64,000 nucleotides of DNA from Smithellaceae bacterium (GTDB taxonomy: Bacteria; Desulfobacterota; Syntrophia; Syntrophales; Smithellaceae). The notes beneath the pieces were generated by a model. It was not told the DNA's origin, did no database searches, and worked only from the letters and a program-made list of their open reading frames with translations. A program made the translations under genes and the position numbers. Within the stretch, counting starts at the first letter, position 1. Each line of letters starts with the position of its first letter. Shown here piece after piece: positions 49,095-59,758 of this stretch. The DNA lies in assembly GCA_963667845.2 (NCBI GenBank), contig CAXXVL010000001.1, forward strand, positions 640,001 through 704,000, in the 5' to 3' direction.

Positions 49095-49682
49095 ATGAAA
49101 ACGCATAACGGTTTTTTTCAAAGAAAGCTGTTCGGCATCTTTTTATGTCTTGTCATGACGGTGGCCGCGATGCCCTTTTCTGCAAAGGCGGCTATAGAAC
49201 CCCGAATGGTTGATATCCTGATATCCAGCAATACGCAAAATGTGCTTTTGTATGCGCGCCTGGTGGATTGCTTTAAGCCGGAAATGGAGGCCGCCATTCT
49301 GGCGGGTGTTCCCGCGATTTTTACGCTCCAGTTGGATGTCTATCAGGAACGGTCCTATTTATGGAACAAACAGATTATCAGTAAAGAAATCCGCCGTACG
49401 ATTAAATATGACAATTTGAAAAAGATATTTTCGATTACCACAAACGGCAACAATCAACCGGCGGTTTTGCCGGATTTTGAAAGCGCTCAGAAGGCCATGG
49501 CGGATTTGAACGGCATTTCCGTTGTCCCGCTGGCCTCCCTGACCAAGGGGAATAATTATTATGCTCAGCTCAAAGTCAAAATCGACAAAGTCCGATTGCC
49601 GCTCTATATGGAATATGTCTTCATCTTCGTTTCGTTGTGGGATTTTGAAACACCGTTATACAAGATAAGGTTTTCGTATTAG
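49095..49682 (+). CDS. DUF4390 family exported protein
   Basis: Signal/TM segment, AILAGVP..F, LPLY..Y...F...WDFET. Usual position upstream of an NtrY-like kinase. Confidence 0.8.
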   Translation: MKTHNGFFQRKLFGIFLCLVMTVAAMPFSAKAAIEPRMVDILISSNTQNVLLYARLVDCFKPEMEAAILAGVPAIFTLQLDVYQERSYLWNKQIISKEIRRTIKYDNLKKIFSITTNGNNQPAVLPDFESAQKAMADLNGISVVPLASLTKGNNYYAQLKVKIDKVRLPLYMEYVFIFVSLWDFETPLYKIRFSY

Positions 49683-49725
49683 GTCGTCCATTCGATTTTT
49701 GCGGGGAAGCTGATCAAATCAACTG

Positions 49726-51948
49726 ATGAAGATTAAAAATAAATCCAGAAGAGCCTATCTCGATGACCGGGAATTAAGAAAACGACGGCGTGAACGTATC
49801 CTCATGCTCGTCGTCGGCTGCCTGGCGATTATTTTTACACTCCTGGCCAGTCAACTGTCCTCCCGGAAGGAATTGCCCATATCGGCCAACATTCTGGTTT
49901 ACGGTCTGACCAGCATCAATATCATTTTGATTCTGCTTCTGCTTTTTCTGATCGTCCGCAATGTATTTAAGTTATTTTCTGAGCGCCGCAAGGGCGTGAT
50001 CGGCTCCAAATTGCGCACCAAGCTGGTTGCGGCTTTCGTCGGCTTGTCCCTGGTTCCGACTATCTTACTTTTTTTGTTTGCCATTAATCTTCTTTCCTAC
50101 TCCATTGAGTTCTTATTCAAAATTAAAATCGGTGAAGCGCTGAACCGGTCGCTGGAAGTCGCTCAGGTTTATTACACGCAAGCGGAAGAGCTGGCCAAAT
50201 TCAACGCCCGCCAGATCAGCGCGGACATCACGAAAAACCGCCTCTATGAAACGGACAGAGCAGAGTACTTAAACAGTTTCCTCTCCCAACGGCAGAAAAG
50301 TTACAAGGTCGGACGTGTGGAGGCTTACTTTGATTTTAAAGGGTCGAGCGTTGTTTTCGCCGATGCCGAAAACCCCGCTTTGACTCCCGTTAATCTGTCG
50401 CCGAAAATGCTTGAAGACATTTATTCCGGGAAGGAAATATCCGTTGTAACCCCGATCCAGGCCGGAGAAGCGATTGTCGGTGTTGTGCCGGTGTTTTCTT
50501 ACGCCGTGCCGACGGAAGTCATCGGCCGCGTATCGATTATTTACAGTGTGCCTCAGGGATTTGTGGATAAACTGCGCAGCATTGCCGACGCCTCTGAACA
50601 ATACGGGCAGATCAAACTTTTGAAGAACCCGATCAAATTCAATTACATGGTCACTCTGTCGATTGTGACCCTGGTCATTATCTTTCTCGCGACCTGGTTC
50701 GGCCTGTCGCTGGCCAAGAGCATCACGAATCCTATTCAGGATCTCGTTTCGGCAACGAACAGAATCACGCAAGGCGATCTGACCAGCCGTATCGACATTG
50801 AAGCGGATGATGAAATCGGGATTCTGGTGAAGTCGTTCAATTCAATGACGGATGATCTGCAGAAAAGCAAGGCCGGTCTGGAAGAGGCCAACATCTCTCT
50901 CGACCAGAGGCGAAAATACATGGCGGCCGTTTTGCGCAATGTGTCGGCGGGGATCATTTCGGTTGATAAAAACGGCACCATCACGACCATTAACCGCGCT
51001 GCGGAGGCCATGTTTGAAATTGATGCCGCGCAGTTTCTTTTCCGGAATTACCGGGAGCTTTTACTCGACGAACATTTGGCCCTGGTGGATGCCTTTCTGC
51101 TGGAAATGAAAGAGAGCAATGAACGTATCCTGGAAAAGCAACTGGAGCTGACGCTCAGGGACAAGGCATTGACGATCCTGCTCACGCTCACGACCATCGA
51201 GGATGAAGAAGGCAACGATTCCGGCGTCGTGGTGGTGTTTGAGGATCTCACGGAATTGCAGAAGGCGGAGCGCGCTGCCGCGTGGCGAGAGGTGGCTCGA
51301 AGAATGGCGCACGAAATCAAGAATCCGCTGACGCCCGTGCAGCTTTCCGCGCAAAGACTGCAGCGTAAGTACGGCGACAAGCTGGGCGAGGATGGTTCGG
51401 TCTTCAAGGAATGCACGCAGACCATCATTGATCAGGTGGAAGTGCTTAAAAATCTGGTCAATGAATTTTCCCGTTATGCACGGATGCCCGTGACCACTCT
51501 GGCGCCTAATGATCTCAATGCCGTCATATCGGAAGCCGTGACCCTGTTTGTCGATGCCCACAAGGATATTCATTTTGAATACAGTCCTGCGGAAGGTTTG
51601 CCCCGGTTCAATCTGGATGCCGAACAGATCAATCGGGTCATGATTAATCTGCTGGATAATGCCGTGGCCTCGATCAACAAGAAAACAGGGCATATCGGGG
51701 TTCTGGTCCGGTATGACGAGCCGCACAGGAAAGTTACCGTGGCCGTTGCCGATGACGGAGCGGGCGTGCCGGCCAGTTACAAGCGCAAAGTATTTGAACC
51801 CTATTTTTCAACCAAGAAGTCGGGAACGGGACTGGGGCTCGCCATTGTCAGCTCCATCATATCGGATCATAAAGGTCAGGTCAGCGTCAGTGACAACTAT
51901 CCGACGGGTACGATCGTATCTTTTCAGTTGCCCGTTTCCGAAGTTTAA
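49726..51948 (+). CDS. NtrY-like sensor histidine kinase (HAMP, PAS, HisKA, HATPase)
   Basis: GSKLRTKL, HAMP DDEIG.L..SFN, AWREVARRMAHEIKNPLTP, NLLDNA, DDGAG, GTGLGL. Confidence 0.95.
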   Translation: MKIKNKSRRAYLDDRELRKRRRERILMLVVGCLAIIFTLLASQLSSRKELPISANILVYGLTSINIILILLLLFLIVRNVFKLFSERRKGVIGSKLRTKLVAAFVGLSLVPTILLFLFAINLLSYSIEFLFKIKIGEALNRSLEVAQVYYTQAEELAKFNARQISADITKNRLYETDRAEYLNSFLSQRQKSYKVGRVEAYFDFKGSSVVFADAENPALTPVNLSPKMLEDIYSGKEISVVTPIQAGEAIVGVVPVFSYAVPTEVIGRVSIIYSVPQGFVDKLRSIADASEQYGQIKLLKNPIKFNYMVTLSIVTLVIIFLATWFGLSLAKSITNPIQDLVSATNRITQGDLTSRIDIEADDEIGILVKSFNSMTDDLQKSKAGLEEANISLDQRRKYMAAVLRNVSAGIISVDKNGTITTINRAAEAMFEIDAAQFLFRNYRELLLDEHLALVDAFLLEMKESNERILEKQLELTLRDKALTILLTLTTIEDEEGNDSGVVVVFEDLTELQKAERAAAWREVARRMAHEIKNPLTPVQLSAQRLQRKYGDKLGEDGSVFKECTQTIIDQVEVLKNLVNEFSRYARMPVTTLAPNDLNAVISEAVTLFVDAHKDIHFEYSPAEGLPRFNLDAEQINRVMINLLDNAVASINKKTGHIGVLVRYDEPHRKVTVAVADDGAGVPASYKRKVFEPYFSTKKSGTGLGLAIVSSIISDHKGQVSVSDNYPTGTIVSFQLPVSEV

Positions 51949-51978
51949 TTTATGAATGAAAGAAGTTGAGAAAAATAT

Positions 51979-53349
51979 ATGAATGAAACCATTCTTGTCG
52001 TCGATGATGAAATCAGTATTTGCCAGTCGCTGAAGGCTATTCTGGAGGACGAAGGTTACCAGGTGCTGGTCGCGGGCAGCGGGGAAGAGGCCATCAAGAT
52101 CGTGGCCGAAGAAATGCCGCAGCTGGTTCTTCTGGATATCTGGCTGCCCGGCATGGACGGTTTGGAAACGCTCAAAGCCATCCATGCCGCCCATCCGAAT
52201 GTGCTCGTCATCATGATGTCCGGCCACGGGACCATCGAGACGGCCGTGAAAGCAACCAAGCTCGGTGCTTTTGATTTTATTGAAAAGCCTCTGTCTTTGG
52301 ACAAAGTGATCATCCTGGTGGGAAACGCGCTGAACGTGGTTCGCCTGGAAGAGGAAAATATTCTCTTAAAACAAAAGGTCTCGCATCAGTTTGAGCTTAC
52401 CGGCAACAGCCCGCTTATTACCGAACTCAAGGAAATGATCAATATCGTCGCGCCGACCAATGCCTGGATTTTAATCATGGGGGAAAACGGGACGGGAAAG
52501 GAATTGGTGGCGCGTTCCATTCACCATTTGAGCCGCCGGTCGCACAAGCCGATTGTGGAGGTCAACTGCGCGGCAATTCCGGAAGAACTGATCGAAAGCG
52601 AACTCTTCGGGCACGAAAAAGGGGCCTTTACCGGAGCGACTGAAAAGAAGCGCGGTAAATTCGACCTGGCCCATGAAGGGACAATTTTCCTGGATGAAGT
52701 TGCCGATATGAGCCTCAAGGCGCAGGCGAAGATTCTGCGCATCCTGCAGGAGAAGAAATTCGAGCGCGTGGGCGGCAATAAAGTCATCGATATGGACGTC
52801 CGGGTGCTTGCCGCGACGAATAAAGATCTGGAAAAAGAAATGGAGGCGGGCCGGTTCCGCCAGGATCTGTATTATCGATTGCATGTTATTCCGTTGCACG
52901 TCCCGCCGCTCAGAGACAGAAAAGAAGATATTCCGTTTTTGACGGAGCGCTTTCTCCAGGATTTTGCAACCAAAGAAGGGCAATCACCGAAGGTTATTTC
53001 CGGCGGCGCCATGGAGCGACTCCTGGGGCACGACTGGCCCGGAAATGTCCGTGAACTGAAAAATATTGTCGAGCGGCTGATCATTCTGACGCCGTCCAAT
53101 GAAATCAGGGCGGATGACATCCCGGAGCTCAGTATCAAATTCGATCAAAACGCCCTCACTGCGGAATCATCCCTGGCCAGCGATTCGTTAAGAGACGCCA
53201 GACTGGATTTTGAAAGACAGTTCATTATTAAGAAGCTCGAAGAATACGACGGCAATATTTCCAAAACGGCGGAAGCCATCGGCCTGGAACGCAGCAACCT
53301 GCATAAAAAACTCAAAAGCCTGAAAGTGGTGACGAGGGATCAGGGATAG
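51979..53349 (+). CDS. NtrX/NtrC-type sigma54-dependent response regulator
   Basis: Receiver (LLDIWLPGMDG), GENGTGKE, intact GAFTGA, WPGNVREL, Fis-type HTH. Confidence 0.96.
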   Translation: MNETILVVDDEISICQSLKAILEDEGYQVLVAGSGEEAIKIVAEEMPQLVLLDIWLPGMDGLETLKAIHAAHPNVLVIMMSGHGTIETAVKATKLGAFDFIEKPLSLDKVIILVGNALNVVRLEEENILLKQKVSHQFELTGNSPLITELKEMINIVAPTNAWILIMGENGTGKELVARSIHHLSRRSHKPIVEVNCAAIPEELIESELFGHEKGAFTGATEKKRGKFDLAHEGTIFLDEVADMSLKAQAKILRILQEKKFERVGGNKVIDMDVRVLAATNKDLEKEMEAGRFRQDLYYRLHVIPLHVPPLRDRKEDIPFLTERFLQDFATKEGQSPKVISGGAMERLLGHDWPGNVRELKNIVERLIILTPSNEIRADDIPELSIKFDQNALTAESSLASDSLRDARLDFERQFIIKKLEEYDGNISKTAEAIGLERSNLHKKLKSLKVVTRDQG

Positions 53350-53464
53350 CCTATCAGGCTGTAGTCCATTAGGCTATCAGGTCTTTTTTGATGGCCTTCG
53401 GTCTTTTTCATTCGGCGTGTCACGCGCCGCACATTGTCAACCTAATAGTCTAAAAGCCTACCGT

Positions 53465-54445
53465 CTATTGGTCTTTATTCATCTGTTTCGTCATATCCGT
53501 AATGGAAAATTTATTGAAAGGCAGAAAGGCAACGCCCAGAACGATCAGTACGATCATGGACATAAAATGGTAAACCAGGGCGAAGGAAAGAGCTTCGGGT
53601 TTCGCTATGCCGAACAGACTTAATCCCAGGATACAGGCATAGTGCCAGTTGCCGATAAAGCCCGGTGCGGTCGGGATGGCGATGCCCGCAATGAGAATCA
53701 CCATGACGACGAAGGCCGCCAGAACCGGCAGGCCGAAGCCGAATGCCGCGAGCAGCGTGTAAATTGCGGCGACATCCACAAGCCAGACTGCGGCGGAGAG
53801 AAACAATAAGTAGAGCAGTCTTTTGACGTCTGTGATGACCTGAAACCCGTCAATAAAATGATGGATTACGTTATTGACTTTTTGAGAAAGCTTGCCGGGC
53901 AGCCGGCGCAGAATTCTGTCGATTAATTTAACGGCCGCTTCTCTACGCCAGATGAGGCCGATCATGCAGGCGATCATCAACAGGGTCAGAATAAAAAAAA
54001 GGATGCCGGATTTAATCATCCATGGCGGCAAGTCCTGCAGAATCAACACGGCCACGGTAATGGTCAGCACGGACAGGCTGTCCAGCACTCGTTCCACAAC
54101 GACGGTTCCGAGCGCCGCCGACATCTTGATTGCGCTTTTCTTGGCGATTAGATAGGGTCTGGCCAGCTCACCGATCCGGGCCGGAATCGCGGCGATAGCG
54201 AGAAATCCTACACTGGTGACGGCAAAAAGCGTAAACTGAGGGATGGATTCCATGGGCTGCAGGATGACGCCCCACCGGTAAGACCGCAGCGCCTGCATCA
54301 AGACGATGAAGAAGAGAGATAAAGCGGCATAGCCCAGATCGATTTTCTTCATGTCGGAGAGCGTTTGATCAAAATTGATTCCCCGAACCGAGAAGTAAAT
54401 CAGAACAATGCCGAGCACAATGCCGAAGAGGAGTTTCTTATTCAT
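53465..54445 (-). CDS. Lysylphosphatidylglycerol synthase TM / flippase-like membrane protein (UPF0104)
   Basis: R..RW, PARIGELAR, TVVVERVLD, PTAPGFIG motifs. Multi-TM. Confidence 0.88.
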   Translation of the reverse strand: MNKKLLFGIVLGIVLIYFSVRGINFDQTLSDMKKIDLGYAALSLFFIVLMQALRSYRWGVILQPMESIPQFTLFAVTSVGFLAIAAIPARIGELARPYLIAKKSAIKMSAALGTVVVERVLDSLSVLTITVAVLILQDLPPWMIKSGILFFILTLLMIACMIGLIWRREAAVKLIDRILRRLPGKLSQKVNNVIHHFIDGFQVITDVKRLLYLLFLSAAVWLVDVAAIYTLLAAFGFGLPVLAAFVVMVILIAGIAIPTAPGFIGNWHYACILGLSLFGIAKPEALSFALVYHFMSMIVLIVLGVAFLPFNKFSITDMTKQMNKDQ

Positions 54446-54484
54446 GAAGATGCCAAACCGGCCCTTATCAGTGTTGTAGAAAAA

Positions 54485-54585
54485 TCAACGACCTCGCAGC
54501 AAGGGGGTCGAGGTATGAAATGAACGTCATTATTTCGCAGCAAGCTACAGGGAATTAACGCTCGTCCCCAAGTGAGCAGGATTAA
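54485..54585 (+). repeat. Dispersed ~100 bp triple-hairpin element, copy 4
   Basis: TCAACGACCTCGCAGCAAG...GGATTAAA. Its end overlaps the stop codon of the 54582..54986 gene. Confidence 0.92.
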
Positions 54586-54986
54586 ATTTTGGCCAGATTT
54601 TCGGCAATTTTATCGTGAAGAAGCTGAGAAGACAATTTGTTTCCGACCAGTCCCACTCGGATCGCCACGGTCGTCTGATTCTTAGCCCGATAGGTAATTT
54701 CTATCTTTACCTTTTCGTCATTGATCCGCGCTGAAATTTTCCCCTGAGCGATTTCTTTTGCGGGTTCCACTTCCGTACCGCGCATATCGGCGACCGTCTT
54801 TTCGCACGCGCTCCACACCTTATCAAATGGCGCGAAGTAGTCCGTTTTGAGTTCGCCGTTAACATAAAAATAAGTTCCCGTACTGGCACCTACTGCGGCA
54901 CCGCCTACAACCAGCGCCGCAGCGCAGCCGGAAAGAAGAAAAAGAACAAATAAGCATAGAATGAAGCGATATTGGCGGCTTTTCAT
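54582..54986 (-). CDS. DUF3568 family lipoprotein
   Basis: LSGC lipobox, Gly/Ala-rich segment, T...IRVG..G...S..L C-terminus. Confidence 0.8.
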   Translation of the reverse strand: MKSRQYRFILCLFVLFLLSGCAAALVVGGAAVGASTGTYFYVNGELKTDYFAPFDKVWSACEKTVADMRGTEVEPAKEIAQGKISARINDEKVKIEITYRAKNQTTVAIRVGLVGNKLSSQLLHDKIAENLAKI

Positions 54987-55065
54987 ATTTGCTCCTCCAG
55001 ATCATTTGAATTGAGCCGTTTTAAACATATTGTCGGATGGATTGCAACCTATTATGTCCGGGACG

Positions 55066-56127
55066 TTACGATCTGAGTTTTTCAAATTCCCGCAGGAGGT
55101 CTTCCTGCTTTTTCGTCAGGTCCGTTGGTACCTGAACAAAGACCTCGATGATCTGGTCGCCGCGGCCGTATCCCTGCAGATGAGGTATTCCCTTTCCCTT
55201 AAGACGGAAGGTGCGGCCCGTTTGGGTGCCCCGGGGGATTTTCAGTTTTTCAGTTTCTTTGAGCGTGGGAACTTCAATCGTAGCGCCCAGGGAGGCCTGA
55301 ACGAAAGAAATGGGGACGCGGCAAATGATATCGTCATCCGAGCGAACGAAGAAATCGTGCTCTTCCACCTGCAAAAAGACGTATAAATCACCGCTGGGGC
55401 CGCCAAGCTCGCCTGCTTCGCCTTCGCTGCGCAGCCGCAGCCGTGAGCCGGTTTCCACACCGGCGGGGATTTTTAATTCCACCGTTTTACGCTGCCGTTC
55501 TTTCCCCGTTCCGCGGCAGTTCGAGCAGGGTTTCGTGATGAATTTACCCTGTCCATGACAGTGGGGACAGGTGGAACTGATGGTGAAAAATCCGCTCGAC
55601 TGAACAACCTGACCGCGTCCGTGGCAGGTGGGACAGGTGGCAGGAACTGTGCCCGGCGCCGCTCCCGTGCCTTCGCAGGCATGACAGGTCAGAAACTTTT
55701 CCAGGTCGATGGTCGTCGTTATCCCGAAGGCTGCATCGAGAAATGATATTTTCATATCATATCGCAGGTCCGCGCCGGCTCTTGCCGCCTGACGCGATCG
55801 TCCGCGGCCGCGCTGGCGTCCGAAGCCGAATACATCTTCAAAAATATCTCCGAAATTAGCGAAAACATCATCGAATCCGCTGAATCCCTGGAACCCGGTA
55901 TTGCTTAAGCCGGCATGACCGTAACGGTCATAAATCTCACGCTTCTGCCTGTCGCTTAAAACTTCATAGGCTTCCGCGGCTTCTTTGAATCTTTCTTCGG
56001 CCTGCTTGTCTCCGGGGTTTTTATCGGGGTGACACTGCATCGCGATTTTGCGGTAATTTTTTTTCAGTTCTTCATCTGTGGCCGTTCTGCCGACGCCCAG
56101 AATTTCATAGTAATCCTTCTTGGTCAT
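55066..56127 (-). CDS. dnaJ: Chaperone DnaJ
   Basis: J-domain with HPD, G/F region, four CxxCxGxG motifs. No adjacent dnaK in the window. Confidence 0.96.
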   Translation of the reverse strand: MTKKDYYEILGVGRTATDEELKKNYRKIAMQCHPDKNPGDKQAEERFKEAAEAYEVLSDRQKREIYDRYGHAGLSNTGFQGFSGFDDVFANFGDIFEDVFGFGRQRGRGRSRQAARAGADLRYDMKISFLDAAFGITTTIDLEKFLTCHACEGTGAAPGTVPATCPTCHGRGQVVQSSGFFTISSTCPHCHGQGKFITKPCSNCRGTGKERQRKTVELKIPAGVETGSRLRLRSEGEAGELGGPSGDLYVFLQVEEHDFFVRSDDDIICRVPISFVQASLGATIEVPTLKETEKLKIPRGTQTGRTFRLKGKGIPHLQGYGRGDQIIEVFVQVPTDLTKKQEDLLREFEKLRS

Positions 56128-56522
56128 GCGCTTTGTTTTGCTTCCTCCGCTTTCATCGCCGCCGCGAGCGCGTTCAACGCTTCCGCATTATGGGCAGTTT
56201 CCAGGGCATGCCGGGCGAACAGATATTTCTTCAGATCAATGGCCCGACGTGCGATTTCTTCCCAATCGGTGTTTCGAAGTTCGATATTCAGTGATTTGGC
56301 CGCGCCCCGGAAGAGAAAAGCATCGCCTTGCTCGAGTGCAAGATCCCTGATTTTTTGCATGCCGGCCTGATGCGAGGCTTTGGTATAGAAATCCAGGGCG
56401 TCGGAAAGCGCGCCGGCTTCTACATACAAGTCCCCGTAGCTGATCAGTGTCGCGGGTGACGTCTTATCGATATACAATATTTTTTGTTTTGACCGGTAAT
56501 CCGGCAGTTTTCTCAAACTCAA
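56124..56522 (-). CDS. Hypothetical helical protein, translationally coupled to dnaJ
   Basis: TTG start after GAGGAG, ATGA overlap with dnaJ. Confidence 0.75.
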   Translation of the reverse strand: MSLRKLPDYRSKQKILYIDKTSPATLISYGDLYVEAGALSDALDFYTKASHQAGMQKIRDLALEQGDAFLFRGAAKSLNIELRNTDWEEIARRAIDLKKYLFARHALETAHNAEALNALAAAMKAEEAKQSA

Positions 56523-56591
56523 GATTTTCTCCTCAAAAAATTACGCTACGTAATTTAATAAAAAACTGACCGCTGTCAATCCTTTTAGGTG

Positions 56592-57473
56592 TTATCTCAC
56601 CAGACGGGCAAAGGCCTCTTCATACTTTAACCTGGTTTTCTCGATGATGTCCGGCGGCAATTCAGGTGCAGGCGGTTTTTGGTTCCAGTGAAGTGAAAGC
56701 AGGTAATCGCGCAAAAACTGTTTATCAAAACTTCGTTGCGCCCGGCCTTCTTCGTACTCATCGGCCGGCCAGAACCGGGACGAATCGGGTGTCAGCAATT
56801 CGTCGATCAGAATCAGCTCGTTGCCGATTAAACCGAACTCCATCTTGGTGTCGGCGATAATGATGCCGGCTTTCAGCGCGATTGCCGCCGCCCGCTCGTA
56901 AATGGCGATGGACTTTTTAATCACCTTGTCGGTGAGCTCCGTCCCGATAATGTCCTCCATTTCGGAACGCGTGATCGGCGCGTCATGATCCCCCTCCGGG
57001 GCCTTCGTTGTCGGAGTGAAAAGCGTTTGCGGAAGCTTGGCGGACTCCTTCAATCCTTCCGGCAGCTTAATGCCTGAGATGGACTGGCTGTGGCGATAGT
57101 CCTTCCAGCCGGAGCCGGACAGATACCCCCGGACGATGCATTCCACGGGCAGCGGCGTTGCTTTTTTGACCAGCATGCTGCGGCCTTCCAGACTTTCGAA
57201 ATACGGCGCGCACTCCGGCGGAAAATCGGCTGCGTCCGTCGAAACGATATGGTTTCCGATGACATCCTCCATCTGTTTGAACCAGAAGGCTGACATTTTA
57301 TTGAGAATCGCACCTTTGCCCGGAATCGGGTTGGGCATAATGACATCGAAGGCGGAAATCCGGTCGGTGGCCACCAGGAGTAAATAATCTCTCACGGCAT
57401 AGAGGTCGCGCACCTTGCCGCGGTTGAGGAATTTCAGCTTCGGAAAGTTCGTCTGGGAAATTATTTTTGTCAT
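56592..57473 (-). CDS. purC: SAICAR synthase
   Basis: RGKVRDLY, DRISAFD, PVECIVRGYLSGSGW, IADTK.EFG, DELLTPDSSRFW, SFDKQF.R. ATG 57473 follows AAGGAG. Confidence 0.97.
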   Translation of the reverse strand: MTKIISQTNFPKLKFLNRGKVRDLYAVRDYLLLVATDRISAFDVIMPNPIPGKGAILNKMSAFWFKQMEDVIGNHIVSTDAADFPPECAPYFESLEGRSMLVKKATPLPVECIVRGYLSGSGWKDYRHSQSISGIKLPEGLKESAKLPQTLFTPTTKAPEGDHDAPITRSEMEDIIGTELTDKVIKKSIAIYERAAAIALKAGIIIADTKMEFGLIGNELILIDELLTPDSSRFWPADEYEEGRAQRSFDKQFLRDYLLSLHWNQKPPAPELPPDIIEKTRLKYEEAFARLVR

Positions 57474-57486
57474 GTCGTTTACTCCT

Positions 57487-58116
57487 TTAGCGAACTGAGG
57501 GATTATACTTTTTCTCATGGCCGATCGTGGATGTCGGCGTCCGGCCGTAATTGTGGCCGGGCAGGACCCTGGTCTCTTCCGGCAGGGTGAAAAGTTTCGC
57601 CTTGATCGCTTCATACATGGTCTGCCAGGAACCGCCGGGCAAATCCGTGCGGCCGACGGCTTCGACAAAGAGTGTATCACCCGTGAAGACATAACCGGGC
57701 GTATAGAGACACATGCCGCCGGGTGAGTGGCCGGGCGTGTGGATGACTTTCAGACTGACATTACCGACGGATATCGTTTGTCCGTCGGCAACCAGAATAT
57801 CGGCCGGCGGCGACTGCACCGCACCGAACATCCGCAGCATGGCTGCCGGTGTGGAGGTGAGCATGACAGCGTCGTTTTCATGAACGATGATCTTCGCGCC
57901 GGTTAGTTTCTTCATCTCGGCATTTCCGCCGATGTGATCCACATGGCCGTGCGTGTTGATGATATAGTTGATTCGTAAATTATTTTTCGCCGCCACCGCC
58001 AGAATATCATGGACATTATCGGCCGGATCGATGACCAGCGCGTCGCCGGTTACAGGGTCGCCGACCAGATAGGCAAAAACCGCCATATGGCCGACCTGCA
58101 TCTGCTCTAGAAACAT
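57487..58116 (-). CDS. MBL-fold metallo-hydrolase (glyoxalase II-like)
   Basis: THGHVDHIGG, HTPGHSPG, TGDTLF, GRTDLPGG, PGH. ATG 58116 follows AAGGAG. Confidence 0.93.
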   Translation of the reverse strand: MFLEQMQVGHMAVFAYLVGDPVTGDALVIDPADNVHDILAVAAKNNLRINYIINTHGHVDHIGGNAEMKKLTGAKIIVHENDAVMLTSTPAAMLRMFGAVQSPPADILVADGQTISVGNVSLKVIHTPGHSPGGMCLYTPGYVFTGDTLFVEAVGRTDLPGGSWQTMYEAIKAKLFTLPEETRVLPGHNYGRTPTSTIGHEKKYNPSVR

Positions 58117-58176
58117 AAGCACTCCTTCAGGAATTATGGGAGCGTAAGCTAGCATAATAGTGCTGAATTCGTCAAT

Positions 58177-59523
58177 TCAATTCCGGTAGCGCAAAACAGC
58201 CCCGAAAAAACCATCCATCGTGTGACGGTGAGGATAACTTTTGAAAAAACCGCGATTGTCCACGAGCGTGTCCGAAACAGCCGGATGCCGGGTTTCGACG
58301 GCAAAGTGCGGAAAGTCGGACACGAACTGTCTGACGATGTCTTCATTTTCCGCAATCAGAAGGGAACAGGTACAGTAGATCAGACGGCCACCCTTTTTAA
58401 CCGCCCCGGCGGCATTCTTTAATACCGCTCTCTGCGAGACCGTCAGGGATTGAATGTCGCCTTCTTTCAGCCTCCATTTGATTTCCGGATTGCGTCTCAG
58501 CGTACCCGTTCCGGAGCAGGGAGCGTCCACCAGAACGTGGTCGAATTTCCCGGCGAATTCGGACGGCAGAGGCCCCGCAAGATCCGCAAGCCCAGCTTCG
58601 ATGATCGAAGCCCCTATTCTCAGGGACTCGTTTTTCAACTGCACGATTTTTCCCGCATCACGATCCAGCGCGACAATCCGGCCTTCATTTTTCATCAGGG
58701 CGGCCAGGTGTCCCGTCTTGCCCCCGCTGCCTGCGCAAGCATCCAGAACGTTTTCACCGCCCTCCGGGTTGACCAGGTATGAAACCAATTGAGCCGCCTC
58801 ATCCTGAATTCGCATGAGACCGTCTTTAAAGAAAAATGTTTTCTGAATCGGCCGAGGAGGATCGTGAAGTGTTATCCCGTCTTGGGAAAACTTCGTCGGA
58901 TCGCAGCTGAAGTCTTCGCCTTGCAGTCGCGCCGCGAGCTCCGGCCTGGAAATTTTCAAGGTGTTGACACGGAGAGTCAGGGGCGGCAATTCGTTATCGG
59001 CACGGCACAGAGCGACCGTTTCCTCCGGACCGAAAATGCCGAGCCAGAGTTTAACGAGCCAGACCGGATGGGAGTAAAATGCCGCAATATGTTCCGCCGG
59101 ATTTTTCTCCATGGACGGGAAAACAATTTTGTCCGTGTTGCGCAGGTAGCTTCTTAAAACGGCATTGGTCAGTCCGTCGGCGGCCGGGGCTATGCGTTTC
59201 GCGATTTTGACGGCTTCGTCAACCACGGCAAAGGCCGGCAGCCGATCGCTGAACTTGAGCTGATAAAGGGCTGTTCGCAGGATATTCTTAACGCTTTCTT
59301 CCATCTTGGCATAATCGCCGCGATAAAGCTGGGTCAGAATCCAGTCCAAATGCCCCTGCATGCGCAGTGCACCGTAAACCAGGTGGGTCAGCAGGCGACC
59401 ATCCGCCGATTGGGAGAGACTCTGCTCATCGAGGCTGGCATCCAGCAAATCTCCGGCAAATGCATCGCTTAGTGCGACGCGATTGAGAATGTCGACGGCG
59501 ATATGACGAATGGACTTCTTCAT
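58177..59523 (-). CDS. rsmB: 16S rRNA m5C967 methyltransferase RsmB
   Basis: NusB-like N-terminal domain, SHP.W, IQDEAAQ, LDACAGSGGKT, DAPCSGTG, YCTCS, DGFF. Confidence 0.96.
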   Translation of the reverse strand: MKKSIRHIAVDILNRVALSDAFAGDLLDASLDEQSLSQSADGRLLTHLVYGALRMQGHLDWILTQLYRGDYAKMEESVKNILRTALYQLKFSDRLPAFAVVDEAVKIAKRIAPAADGLTNAVLRSYLRNTDKIVFPSMEKNPAEHIAAFYSHPVWLVKLWLGIFGPEETVALCRADNELPPLTLRVNTLKISRPELAARLQGEDFSCDPTKFSQDGITLHDPPRPIQKTFFFKDGLMRIQDEAAQLVSYLVNPEGGENVLDACAGSGGKTGHLAALMKNEGRIVALDRDAGKIVQLKNESLRIGASIIEAGLADLAGPLPSEFAGKFDHVLVDAPCSGTGTLRRNPEIKWRLKEGDIQSLTVSQRAVLKNAAGAVKKGGRLIYCTCSLLIAENEDIVRQFVSDFPHFAVETRHPAVSDTLVDNRGFFKSYPHRHTMDGFFGAVLRYRN

Positions 59524-59690
59524 AGCCCGGGGTTCCGTTTGGCGGTTTGAGGTGCAGGGATAATAATAAATCTCCTCTCATCAGGCAATTGTCCGGCTCT
59601 TTTCCAACCCGGGATTGCCGGCAAAAATAAGGATAGTCCGGTAAAAATATTTTCAAGAACAGGTGTTTTAAAAATTGTATAATGCGTCAT
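59520..59690 (-). pseudogene. 56-codon remnant resembling the N-terminus of a PlsC-like glycerol/lysophospholipid acyltransferase
   Basis: MTHYTIFKTPVLENIFTGLSLFLPAIPGWKRAGQLPDERRFIIIPAPQT follows the family pattern TIFxTP...GW..G.LP...F..I.APHTSNWD, but the HxxxxD motif is decayed and the ORF stops there. Confidence 0.55.
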
Positions 59691-59758
59691 ATGTTTTCCC
59701 AATCCAGGCGGTCGATTCTTTTGCCCCGGGGAATCAAAACCACTCTCTTTTTCGCGGG

